Assembly (NCBI GenBank): GCA_030390025.1
Contig: CM059432.1
Span: 120,964,001 to 121,028,000, forward strand
Origin: Squalus acanthias
Lineage: Eukaryota
Reading direction: 5' to 3'
DNA length: 64,000 nucleotides
Part shown: one piece after another, positions 36,480-47,260 of the stretch
How the letters are laid out: every line of letters starts with the position of its first letter
How positions within the stretch are numbered: position 1 is the first letter of the stretch
The notes under the pieces: generated by a model
What the model was told of the DNA's origin: nothing
The model's database searches: none
The model's input: only the letters and a program-made list of their open reading frames with translations
Position numbers and translations under genes: made by a program

Positions 36480-38337
36480 ATGGTTGCACAGAGACAGAGG
36501 GCTGCACCCAGGTTCTCCGATGACTCCCTCCATATGCTTGTAATGTGTGCAAGAGACCTCCCCAGGAGACATAAAGAGCCTAGCTCCAAATTGCAGAGGA
36601 GGTCAACAGCAGGGATGTGCTCAGGAGGACCAGGGTGCAGTGCTGGAAACGTTTCAATGATCTCATTAAATCAGGAAAGGTGAGTACAAAGCCACACTCA
36701 ACTTTATCCTGCTGTGCTTCTCATCACATCCCCATCACTCTGCCTTCCCAACCCTGCCCCGCAACATCATTACTCACACCAACATACCTTGCCCGTTGAC
36801 CCATCTCTCTCTCTCGATCTACATTATCACATCCCCATCTTACTAGCAACCCCTCACACTCTCACGCATCTTAATGCAATCATACCAGCTAACAATACAC
36901 AAGGAGGCCACTTGGCATTGCCAACCCACTCCATCACAGTCTCCCTCTAAAGATGTAACCCATCCATTCCTTACACTCATTCCATCACTCTCACTCAACC
37001 TTCTCTTCTTTCCCTCCTTGCAGGAGAAGAGAGCGCACAATAAGAGGGAGAGGGAGAGAACTGGAGGTGGACCTCCATTTGCAACCCTCATAACAGCAGA
37101 GGAGGCTACGTTAGAAGTCTCGGAAGTGGCCGAGCAGCTGGAAGTGGGAGACAGAGAGAGGGGGACATCTCAGCAACCTGGTGACAAAATTACATTACAT
37201 ACATGGCATACATCAGTCACTCATGTGGGGACTGATGTAATCAGCCACTAAATGGTCATCATGTGCATAATGGTATCTGTACCCATTCTTCATATGGTAT
37301 ATCATCTCTTTACTCTCCCACAGGTTCATCAAGAGCCGCCCCACACCCCCACTCCGTCACCCACCCCCCCACCCCCCACTGTCCAGGAACAAGAGCAAGA
37401 CGACGACTCAGAGGAGCCTCCAGCCTATGAGGGCTCACCGTTATGAGACAGAAGCGCACCCAGCACCAGCGCAGATACACACACCTCAGTGCGTGCCACG
37501 CGAGATAGAGTAGTGTTGTCACAAGTCACAAGTGAGCAAGAGCAGATGGTGGAGTCAGGGACAGCAGTGGAGACTCCTCGCTGGAGGGCGCAGGACGCTC
37601 CCAGCTCTGCTCAACTGCATGCAGAGGCTGAGCCTCGGGGGCCATCCAGGAAAAGGGCGATCCTGGAGGAGCAGGAAGAAGTGCAGGAGGCTCTGTCAGG
37701 TTTCACGACTGTGATGTCTTCAAATGTTCAGAGAATGGAGGAGTCCATCTCCAACATGAGCACCACTGTGTTGCAGGCGATGGGGACAGTAGGCTCCTCC
37801 ATGGATAGGATGGCCACCTTCATGGAGCAGCTAATGCACCACTCACAGGAGCACATGATCTCTATGGAGAAAAGATGGCTATCTATGGAGAATAGATGGC
37901 AGATGCTCATAGACATACTGTCTAGGAGGGATGTCAGTGAAGACGTGGGTCCTCATGGCCCCACTGATGTGCAGCAAGGTGATCTCCAGCTCCTTGCTAG
38001 CAGGGAAGTGCGGGTGGCCCATGAGAGGGATGACAGAGAGAGGGGAGAGGAATGAGTACGCTCCTCTCAAAGCACTTGCACTTTTCCTCCATTGCCTCCC
38101 CCTCAATAAGAGCCCCAGATGGCTTCTCGGATCACGAAGGCTGAGTTTGCCCCTGCATAGTCGCAGGAGGAGAAAACATTAGCGGGGCCATCACAGCCTC
38201 CAAAACACAGAGGATGTCCACCAAGAGTGTCTAAGCAGTGGCAGCAGGGAAGTGAGCAGGCTGCCTCTACCTCTGCTGAAGCCACAGGGGTAGCACCTCG
38301 TAGAAGCACACGAAAGGGAAAGGTGACACACAAGTAG
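36480..38337 (+). pseudogene. Harbinger A Myb/SANT-like DNA-binding gene, 3 exons (36480-36679, 37024-37180, 37324-38337)
   Basis: RAAPRFSDDSL and RRTRVQCWKRFNDL..GK|EKRAHNKRERERTGGGP. Canonical GTGAGT/CAG and GTGACA/CAG introns; frameshifts present. Confidence 0.88.
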
Positions 38338-38634
38338 ATTCACAAAGGTAGCCACTTGGGTGTTTTAGTCAATGTTAATGGCAAGTTTCCGTTAATGTAT
38401 TGTCAACCTTTAAAATCTTTATTTTCACCACTTTCCCGTCTTGGACACATTTGTGTGCACCTTTGGAAGTGGCTTAGTGAGTTGCAGTGACTGGTGAAAT
38501 TAATGTTACCTCCAGCAATAGTGGTCAGTATGAAAGGAATGGCTTGGTCATTGTTGGGATGGTTTATGGTGTTGCTGTGGGGTTGTGCCAACCTGGCGCA
38601 GCATGTGACAGCCATATGGGTGTACTGTGTAATG

Positions 38635-39859
38635 TTAAGTAAATCTGGCCATGATGAGCCCATCCCTGGCCTCCTGGGCAGCAATTTTCTCGGGTGCTGG
38701 TTGGATTTGGACCACGGGTTCCCCTAGCTCCTGCTCATCATCTTCCAGCTGATGCTCCTCCTCCTCCTCCTCCTCTGAAGAGGCTGTGTGCTCAGTGCCT
38801 TGCTCCTCATGCAGCGCTAATCCTCGCTGCTGCGCTATGTTGTGCAGGGCGCAGCAGACCACAATGATTCTGGAGACCCTGGCTGGTGCATACTGAAGGG
38901 CTCCTCCAGATCTGCCAAGGCATCTGAAGCGCATTTTCAGCATGCCTATTGTTTACGCTATGACATATCTGGTGGAAATGTGGCTTTCATTGTATCTCTC
39001 CTGGGCCTCAGTACTTGGCCTCCTCAAGGGTGTCGTAAGCCACGTCTTCAGTGGATAGCCCTTGTCACCAAGCAGCCAGCCAGAAAGTCTGTTTGGAGGA
39101 GCGAAGAGGTGAGGGAGGGTGGACTGTTGAAGGAAGAAAGAGTCATGGCAGCTGCCAGGGAATTTGGTGCACACATGCATGATGATCTTCCTATGGTTGC
39201 AGACCAGCTCACATTGAGGGAGTGGAAGCCCTTGCGATGAAAAACACTCCTGGGTAATGATGGGGTGCCCTGATCGCCAGATGTGTGCAGTCGATGACGC
39301 CCGGCACCCGTGGGAAGCTAGCCAGAGCGGCAAAGGCCAGCGCTCGCTGAGTAACACTGGCTTCATCAGTGGCAAAGTTGATATAATTGGCTGACTTGTC
39401 AAAGAGAGCATTGGTGACCTGTGTGATGCATCTGTGGGCAGCTGACTGCGAGATGCTGCAAGTGTCTGCTGCAGATCCCTGGAAGGAGCCTGAGACGAAG
39501 AGGTTGAGGGCACTGGTCACTTTGACAGCCACTGGTAAGGCATGTCCACCCGCTCTTCTGGGCTGCAGGTCTTGCTCGAGCAATGTGCAAATGTCTACGA
39601 TGATCTGGCGCGACAGCCTGAGCCTCCTTTGACACTGCTGCTCAGTCATGTTGAGGAAGCTCATCCTCTGCCTGTATACCCTGTGTTGGGGGTATCGCCT
39701 CTGGCGTGATGCAGCCCTGCGCTGATGCCCTCTGTCCAGTGGTTGAGGAGAAGTTTGGTGGTGTTGTTGGTGCCGCTGGTGTGCCTGGTGCTGCTGGTGA
39801 TGGGGCTGATCGTGGTCAGATTCTGAGGACCAAGGTGAGACAGTATTAACGGTACCCAT
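38635..39859 (-). pseudogene. Harbinger A DDE transposase (HARBI1-family)
   Basis: [32 protein letters not shown] and CCALHN; frameshifted. Confidence 0.93.
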
Positions 39860-41534
39860 GCTGATGGAATAGATGGCAGGTCAAGTAGAGATCAGAGGAG
39901 CAAGCAGTCAATGAAGTGATGAGGTGAGACTTTGCTGGAAACACTTGCAGCCTGTAGAAAGCTAAATGTGTGCTGGGAATGCAGTCAGCAACAGCTTCTG
40001 CCTGAGGAAAGTGATCAACTGTGAGGTGGGAGCTTTCATAGTACGTTTCATGCCGTCATCTAATCAGCTGGAGCAATGGCCACTCAACTCCCGCCTCAGG
40101 CTGACAGACGTGGTTCCCGAGCTGTGTGAATCTCGTGGGCAGCCAGGGGAATTTGAAAGTTAGGCTGAAAAAGGCTCTTTAGGGTCTGACAACTGCCTGT
40201 TAATGATATGAATTAGGTCGTCCGCCTCTGCTGGTCAGGTCGCTGTCGCACCGGCAACTCCCGAGGGGACGGGATGACGGCCGGTTCTCGACCCGCTCCA
40301 ACTTTTTTCAAATTTCCCACCCGACCCGCCTCCAATCGCGCCCGCATGGACCCCAGAAAATTGCGGCCAAGATTTTCTGAACTTTTCGATCACTATTTAC
40401 CGTTACTCGCCACTGAATTCCCACACTAGTCAAATTCTGTTCCCACCTCACTCTGTTACCAGCTCACTCCATTGTGTGCTCTCTGCTCGCTGGGTGGATC
40501 CAAGAGGATAAGGTGCCAGTGGAAGCTGGGACTGAAGCTACCCCTCTGTGACAGACTCTGTAATCCAATACCCGAACCAAGCAGAATTGCAGGGCACCGT
40601 TGATGATTGATCAGCCTGTTTGGCTGCCGAATGACGTGTAGAGGGTAAACCTGCCACTTTAGGTTGGGATTTTACCCACTTGGCTCAGCTCTGGTACATA
40701 AAGCCCTCGTGGATAAGGTGGACCTACCAGACAAGCAGCAGGAACCATTCCAGTGCTTTGTACTGGTAATATGTGTGGTTTTAGCTGGTTCAACAGCAGC
40801 AGTATCCCTGCACACACTTGGGACTTCCTCAGCCTTGGTTCTGCCAATGTGTACCTACGCTCTATACATCCAGGTGAGCGGAGTGTGTCCCTATGGCGTG
40901 TGCGCTTCATATCTGGCAAACAGAAATGCTTTGGTCGGAGACTCTTAAACATGGTGATAGGTTTCCCTGCTGTCAACACAGTGTATCTGAATATGAGAGA
41001 TTTAGGGCTCGATTTTGCCAGTCCCAAGGAGGTGGGATTGGAGGCGGGAGAGGTGTTAAAATCGCAAAAAATGGCGGGCAGCTCCGATCCCTCCTCCAGC
41101 CCGCCTCCGAGCAATTTTCCCACAATCGGGGTTACAGACCCCATTTCCATCCCGCCTCCAAGAGGCGCGATAGGCCCTTAAGGCCCTTAACAACCAGTTT
41201 AGTGCCTCTATAATCCAATTTTGAGAGGTCTTTCTGAAATTAACACTTTTCCCCCATGCTGCAAGTCTCCTCTGGAACATGCTGGCTAATCCTGGTGGCC
41301 TCACAAGTAGACTGCTTACTAACAGCTGCAGCTCCACCATTAAAAAGGAGTTTTCAGCAATCATCATTTGTAGGTGGCAGAATTTTGTTGTCTCAGGCCT
41401 GGGGGATCTTTTAGTAGGCCTACTCATTGTTGTGGAAATTTGGAGCCTGAGACCGATCTCCAGTGTGACCTCCTGGGAAACCCCTCTCCCCACCTTGACT
41501 GAGCGCTTCCTCAACTGAGGTATATACCAGAAGA

Positions 41535-42776
41535 ATGGGAACCATTTATTTCCTTTCCTCCTGGACATCAGATTCGGATGAAGACCAGCTGTGGCAGCAG
41601 CAGAACCATGAACAACAGCAGCACCAACAGCAGGAGCATCAACAGGAGCGCCAACCTGCTGCTCACCCACCTGAAGCTGCACAGGCCAGAAGGCGCCAGC
41701 GCATGGAAGCACATCGCCGCAGGAGATACCCCCAAAACAGGGTTTACAGACAGAGGATGAGCTACCTCAACATGACTGAGCAGCAGTGCCAAAGGAGGCT
41801 CAGACTTTCGCAAGAGGTAGTGGGTGACATCTGCGCAATGCTGCAGCAAGACCTGGAGCCCAGAGGAGCGGGTGGACACCCCTTACCAGTCGCCGTGAAA
41901 GTCACCACTGCACTCAACTTTTTTGATTTAGGCTCATTCCAGGGATCAGCAGCAGACATCAGCGGCATCTCCCAGGCCGCCGCACACACTTGCATCACAC
42001 AGGTAACCGATGCCCTCTTTGCCGTTGCGCTCACTTACATCAACTTCTCCAAGGATCAAGCAAGTGTAACCGTGCGTGCGGTTGGATTCGCTAATCTGGC
42101 AGGCTTTCCAAGAGTCCAGGGTGTAGTTGACTGCACACATGTGGCCCTTAAGGCAGCCCATCACAATCCAGGTATTTTTGTCTACCGCAAGGGCTTCCAC
42201 TCCCTCAACGTGCAGCTGGTGTGTGACCCCAAGAAGGAAATTTTGCATGTTTGCTCCAACACCCTGGCAGTTGCCATGACTCCTTCATCCTGCGCCAGTC
42301 TAGTGTGCCTCGACTCTTCAGTCTGCCAGACCAACTTTTCAGATGGCTACTTGGAGACAAGGGCTATCCCCTGAAGACGTGGCTGATGACGCCATTGAGG
42401 AGCCCATCCAACGCAGCTGAGGAGCGCTACAACTCCAGCCACATTTCCACCAGATCCATAATCGAGCAAACCATCAGCTTGCTGAAGATGTGATTCAGAT
42501 GCCTTAATAGATCAGGTGGAGCCCTGCAGTACTGAACAGCCAGGGTCTCCAGAATCGTCGTGGTCTGCTGTGCACTTCACAACATGGCACAGCGTCGTGG
42601 CTTGCAGATGCCTGAGGAACAAATGGCTCAGCGCATAGCCTCCTCAGATGAGGAGGAGGAGAAGGAGAGTGACAACGAACAGCTTGCGGAGGCGCATCAA
42701 CCAGCGGCAGCAGGACTGCGAGCACATTGCTGCCCGGGATGCAAGGGACACACTCATCTTGGCCAGATTTGCTTAG
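41535..42776 (+). pseudogene. Harbinger B DDE transposase
   Basis: [36 protein letters not shown] and IIEQT. Frameshift at about 42255 and a TGA at 42491. Confidence 0.93.
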
Positions 42777-43034
42777 CCTGCCCAATCAAACACATTTGCC
42801 TTGCACCTTCTTATCAGACCATCGACAATAGCCAAGAACCTACGGACTCCTATCACTCTGATCACCATACTGACAATTGCAAGTCGCCCTAAGCCCTCAA
42901 TGTGGAAGTCCATTTGCCAAAATGACACAGGCCACAACTTCTACAGTTTGTCATCAGAATTTTTTATCACAACAAGCAACTGATGGCATTTCAAAAATAA
43001 ACACAACATAACACCCAAGTGACTACCCTTGTGA

Positions 43035-46000
43035 CTACTTGTGCATTATCTTCCTCTTACGCGTGCTCATACGTGGTGCTTCCCCTGTGGCTTCAGCAGA
43101 TGTGGAGGCCCCTGGCTCACTTTCTTGCTGCTCCTTCCTCGACACCTTTGGCGGGCGTCCTCTGGGGTTGCGAGCCTGTGAGGGCTTGGCAACAGTCTGC
43201 TGCTCCTGCGGCTGTGCAGGGGCTGAGATGCCCATCTCAGTTGGGTGAATGCTCTGGTGGGGCTCTGACCGAGGGCTCTGCAGTGGCATGGTTGTGTGAG
43301 CGCTTGGAGAGGAGCCCCCACTTCCTTGTTCTCTGCCACCAACACGCCTCTCATGGGTCAGCCCCACTTCAGAGCTAGCAAGTGGCTTGACAGCACCTTG
43401 CTGCACTACCATCGCTCCTCAAGAGATGTCATTCTATTCTGAACAATGACCATGTTTTCAAGACCCTGGCGACTAAGCTCCTCCATGGCCGTAGCCATCC
43501 TCTCCTCTACCATAGCCAGCCTCTCCTCTACGGTAGCCATCCTTTCCACGGAGGTTGCCATCCTTTCCGTGGTGATGCGTTCATGCGCCAATGACTCCAC
43601 AAAGGCTCTGCTCATGTTAGCGATGGACTCCTCCATTCGCTCCACACTCGCAGCAACCCTGGAGACAAAACCCGACCTAGACTACTGCACCTGTTCCTGG
43701 AGTTCCAGCACCGCTCTCCTTCTGGATGGACCCGGAGGCACAGGGTCGACATAAGAACATAAGAACATAAGAAATAGGAGCAGGAGTAGGCCAATTGGCC
43801 CCTCGAGCCTGCTCCGCCATTCAATAAGATCATGGCTGATCTGATCCTAACCGCCAATCTACTATCACAGAACCATCTCCTGAAGCTAACAGAATTGGTC
43901 ACACGAAATAGGAGCAGGATCAGGCTACACAGCCCCTGGGCCCGCTACGCTACCCACAGGGCCATGACCGATCCGAACCTAGACTCATGTCCAAATTCCT
44001 GCCCGCTCCCCGTAACCTTTAATTCCCTTTACTTCTAGGAAACTGTCTATTTCTGTTTTAAATTTTTGTAATGATGTAGCTTCTACAGCTTTTTGGGGCA
44101 GCATATTCCATGGACCTACCACCCTCTGAGTGAAGTAGTTCCTTCTCATCTCAGTTTTGAAAGAGCAGCCCCTTATTCTAAGACTATGCCCCCTAGTTCT
44201 AGTTTCACCCATCATCGGGAACATCCTCCCCGCATCCACCCGATCCAACCCCTTCACAATCTTATATGTTTCAATAAGATCGCCTCTCATTCTTCTGAAC
44301 TCCAATGAGTAGAGTCCCAATCTACCCAACCTCTCCTCATATGTCCATCCCCTCATCCCCGGGATTAACCGAGTGAACCTTCTTTGTACTGACTCGAGAG
44401 CAAGGATGTCTTTCCTTAAGTAAGGACACCAAAACTGTATGCAGTATTCCAGGTGCGGTCTCACCAATACCTTGTACAACTGAAGCAATACCTCCCTATT
44501 TTTATATTCTATCCCCCTAGCAATGAAAGCCAACATTCCATTGGCCTTCTTAATCACTTGCTGCACCTGCATACTAACCTTTTGAGTTTCGTGCACCAGA
44601 ACCACTAGATCCCTTTGTGCTTCAGTACTTTCCAGTTTCTTGCCATTAAGATAATAACTTGCTCTACTATTTTTCCTGCCAAAGTGCATAACCTCACACT
44701 TTCCAGTATTGAATTCCATCTGCCAAATCTCTGCCCACTTACTTAGCCTGTCTATGTCCTCTGCAGATTTTTTATGTCCTCCTCACTCACTCCTTTCCCT
44801 CCCATCTTAGTATCATCTGCAAACTTTGATATGTTACACTCGGTCCCCTCCTCCAAATCAGCGGAGCCGAGCTGGGAGAGACCTGCGCCCTCTGACGAGG
44901 ACTCTCCAGTGCTGTCCCTGTCTCCACCATCTGCTGAAGCTCACTTGTGAGCTGTGATACACCAGGTGACAAACCTACTCTATGTCCCGAAGGTCCCACT
45001 GAGGTGTGACTGTCTGCACTGGTGCTTGCTGCGCTTAATTCTGCTGACGCTGCGCCCTCAGAGGTTGCAACTTCCTCTGAGGAATCTGGTTGCTCAGGCT
45101 GTTCCTCCTGGACAGTGGGGAGGGGGGCTGTCGATGGTCCTGTGGGGGAGTAAAGGAAAGAGTTAGACTTGTGAGATAAACGTTGCATGCACATTGAATT
45201 ATGCAGATGATCATAAGTCAATCTGTTAGAGCATCAGCATCAAGATCAGTCACTCATGCAATGTCAATGAGAGAAATGAAAAACTATTCTGTCACCAGCT
45301 TGCTCTGATGCGCCCGTCTGTCCGTCCCCCACTTGCGCATCCTCCTCCACTCCCACGATCTCCAGGGCTGCCTCCTCCGAAGTGGTGTGCTGGGCTATTG
45401 AGGATGGCCCTCCTCCTGTCCTCGCCCTCTCCCTCTTATTGTGGACTCTCTTTTCCTGCAGTGAGGGAGACAAGTGGAGTTTGAGTGAGAATGAAGGAAT
45501 GAGTGTAGACAATCCATAGCATAGATGCTTAGAAGGACACAAAGATGGAGTCCGGTGGCAAGACCAAGGGCCCTCCCTGTGTGTTGTAAGTTGTTTTCAT
45601 AGCAATACAGTGATAGGGAGTGTGAGGGCTGCATAGTCGAATAGTTAAGTGAATGTGAAAATACAGAGAGAGGGAATGGGTAAGGTTGCAGGCATGTAAG
45701 GGTGAAGTGGGATGTGGAGGAGGAGGTTGACAAAGCAGAGTGATGGTGATGAGAGGCGATGGGGATCAGATTGAGGGTCATGGGATGGAATACTCAATTT
45801 TCCTGTGCGGAAAAGGTCATGAAACCTCTTTCTGCACTGCAGCCAGGTTCTGCTGCACATTGAAATGGCATTTCACCTCCTGTGCCACTTGCAGCCACAC
45901 AGCTTTGGTCTGTTGTGGAGGCTTTTTCCCCCCAGAGAAGGAAAGAGCACTTCCTTGTTAGCTCTTGCTCCCTCCACCAGAGCTTGGAGGAGGCTTCATC

Positions 46001-46036
46001 GAATCTGGGTGCACACTTTGGCCTGGTGCTGGACAT
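43035..46036 (-). pseudogene. Harbinger B Myb/SANT-like gene, 3 exons (46036-45798, 45455-45296, 45139-43035); exon 3 interrupted by CR1
   Basis: APRFDE and RTWLQCRKRFHDL..GK|EKRVHNKRERARTGGGP. The first donor is mutated (TTGAGT). C-terminal PRGRPPK and RKRK. Confidence 0.88.
43751..44859 (-). mobile_element. Young 5'-truncated CR1 with a duplicated 3' UTR (same family as 15488-17306)
   Basis: Uninterrupted 244-aa C-terminal ORF2 frame and a (CTTATGTT)n tail; no clear TSD. Confidence 0.93.
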
Positions 46037-46429
46037 AGTAGCAGTAGAAATCCCTCAGAAGTATGGTCATAAAGTTGTCAGGCTGAAAAAGAACCAAGGC
46101 AGCTGCATTGATGACGTCATCGGAGGCGAGTTTCAGTATCAAAAGACTCATTGGGCCAGGGGTTCCCACACGCTGGAAAATCAATTGCCCAATTAGGGCA
46201 AAATCGCACTTTTGTCCCGCCTCACATCGGAGGCGGGGTCCTGAAATGCCGATCACCTGACACGCCCCCAGCCCGCCCCCAATGACAAAATCCAGCCCTT
46301 AATCTGTGCAACCTGCTGGTGCTGTTTATGTCAACAAAAAGGAGATTTTAAAAGTTTCCTGTCTTTCTGAGGAGAACTGAATAATTTGATCATGGAATGC
46401 AATACTGAGTTAAAGACATGATGGAAGGG

Positions 46430-46700
46430 CTCAGGTTCAGCTAACCTCAGCTGGAATGGTGGGAAGACTACATTTGGATGTTAAATAACAGAGATACTGA
46501 GGGTAAGGTCTTGCTCACCTTCTCACGAAGCCTGCTGTGAGCACATGACTGTGGATGTCAGCTGAGAACAAGCTGGGCTCAGCTGTGATAGCCTCTACCA
46601 TCCACTAACCCTGCAGCACTCACCCCAGTCTCACTCGTGAAGAATAACCATCTCGGTGAGCTACTAGAATGCTCCTGCACTGATTGCTGATTTCCAGGGG
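46430..46700 (+). mobile_element. Possible old LF-SINE-like remnant (duplicated at about 57230-57500)
   Basis: Recalled resemblance only (AGCTAACCTCAGCTGG..., GGGCTCAGCTGTGAT); not verified. Confidence 0.3.
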
Positions 46701-46810
46701 AAAACTCTGAGGAAAATGTAAGGGGAGAAGATAAAATAATTCACACGTTTCAAAAGCCACTCCCGGGACTTGAGCATAGAGCCTAAACTGATACTTTGGG
46801 GGGGGGCGGT

Positions 46811-47260
46811 GGGGGAGAATTTTTACTTCCCGACACGCTGGGAGTGAGGGGGGCGCTGGGTGGTGGTCCGATAGCTCACTGGAAACCCGGAAGTCTGGGT
46901 TTCACCGCAAGCTGTGGAGATTTCGTCATTGACAGGTTACCTGCCCGGAAGTCAGCCTGAGTGACTTGCTTGGCTTCCAGTTGGGTCGGGAATGCTCCTG
47001 AAGAGGCCGCACTACCCGATCCCGGGGGTTGGGAGTCCAATCCCAAGGTGGGTTTGATCTCAAGGGGGGTCCAGTCCCTGACCCCGGGCAGGGGGGGGCG
47101 GTGTCCGACCCCAGGGGTGGGGGTTTGTATGAGGGCGGGGTGTCTGATGGTGGGGAGCTTGGGGGGCCAGGAGGGAGCACTTCTGCTCCTCCTCACCCAC
47201 TAGGAGTGCCCCCCGAGGCTGTCCTCACCTCTCTTCAGCTGTCGGGTTTCCCAAGGCCTG
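46811..47260. mobile_element. Left part of a GC-rich MITE, truncated at the duplication junction
   Basis: Aligns with 57605-57684 plus 58397-58745. Confidence 0.8.

Larger units (their letters stand above)
36150..40368. mobile_element. PIF/Harbinger transposon A, copy 1 (left TIR missing)
   Basis: Convergent Myb (+) and transposase (-) genes; right end GAAAATTGCGGCC. Confidence 0.9.
41005..46298. mobile_element. Complete PIF/Harbinger transposon B (autonomous architecture, inactivated)
   Basis: TIRs GGGCTCGATTTTGCCA / TGACAAAATCCAGCCC (14/16) and TSD TTA/TTA. Empty site GAGATTTAATCTGTG at about 57094-57108. Confidence 0.97.
29671..47260 (+). repeat. Tandem segmental duplication, copy 1 (about 11 kb shared core plus copy-specific insertions)
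   Basis: Same order of CR1, old CR1, L2, CR1 ORF1, Harbinger, unique spacer, SINE and MITE as 47261-58745, with shared junctions. Confidence 0.93.

Noticed and set aside
38635..42776. Calling the transposases the host gene HARBI1 and the Myb genes NAIF1/MSANTD
   Set aside because: They lie within TIR-bounded elements, are multi-copy and are frameshifted, so they are transposon genes rather than domesticated loci.
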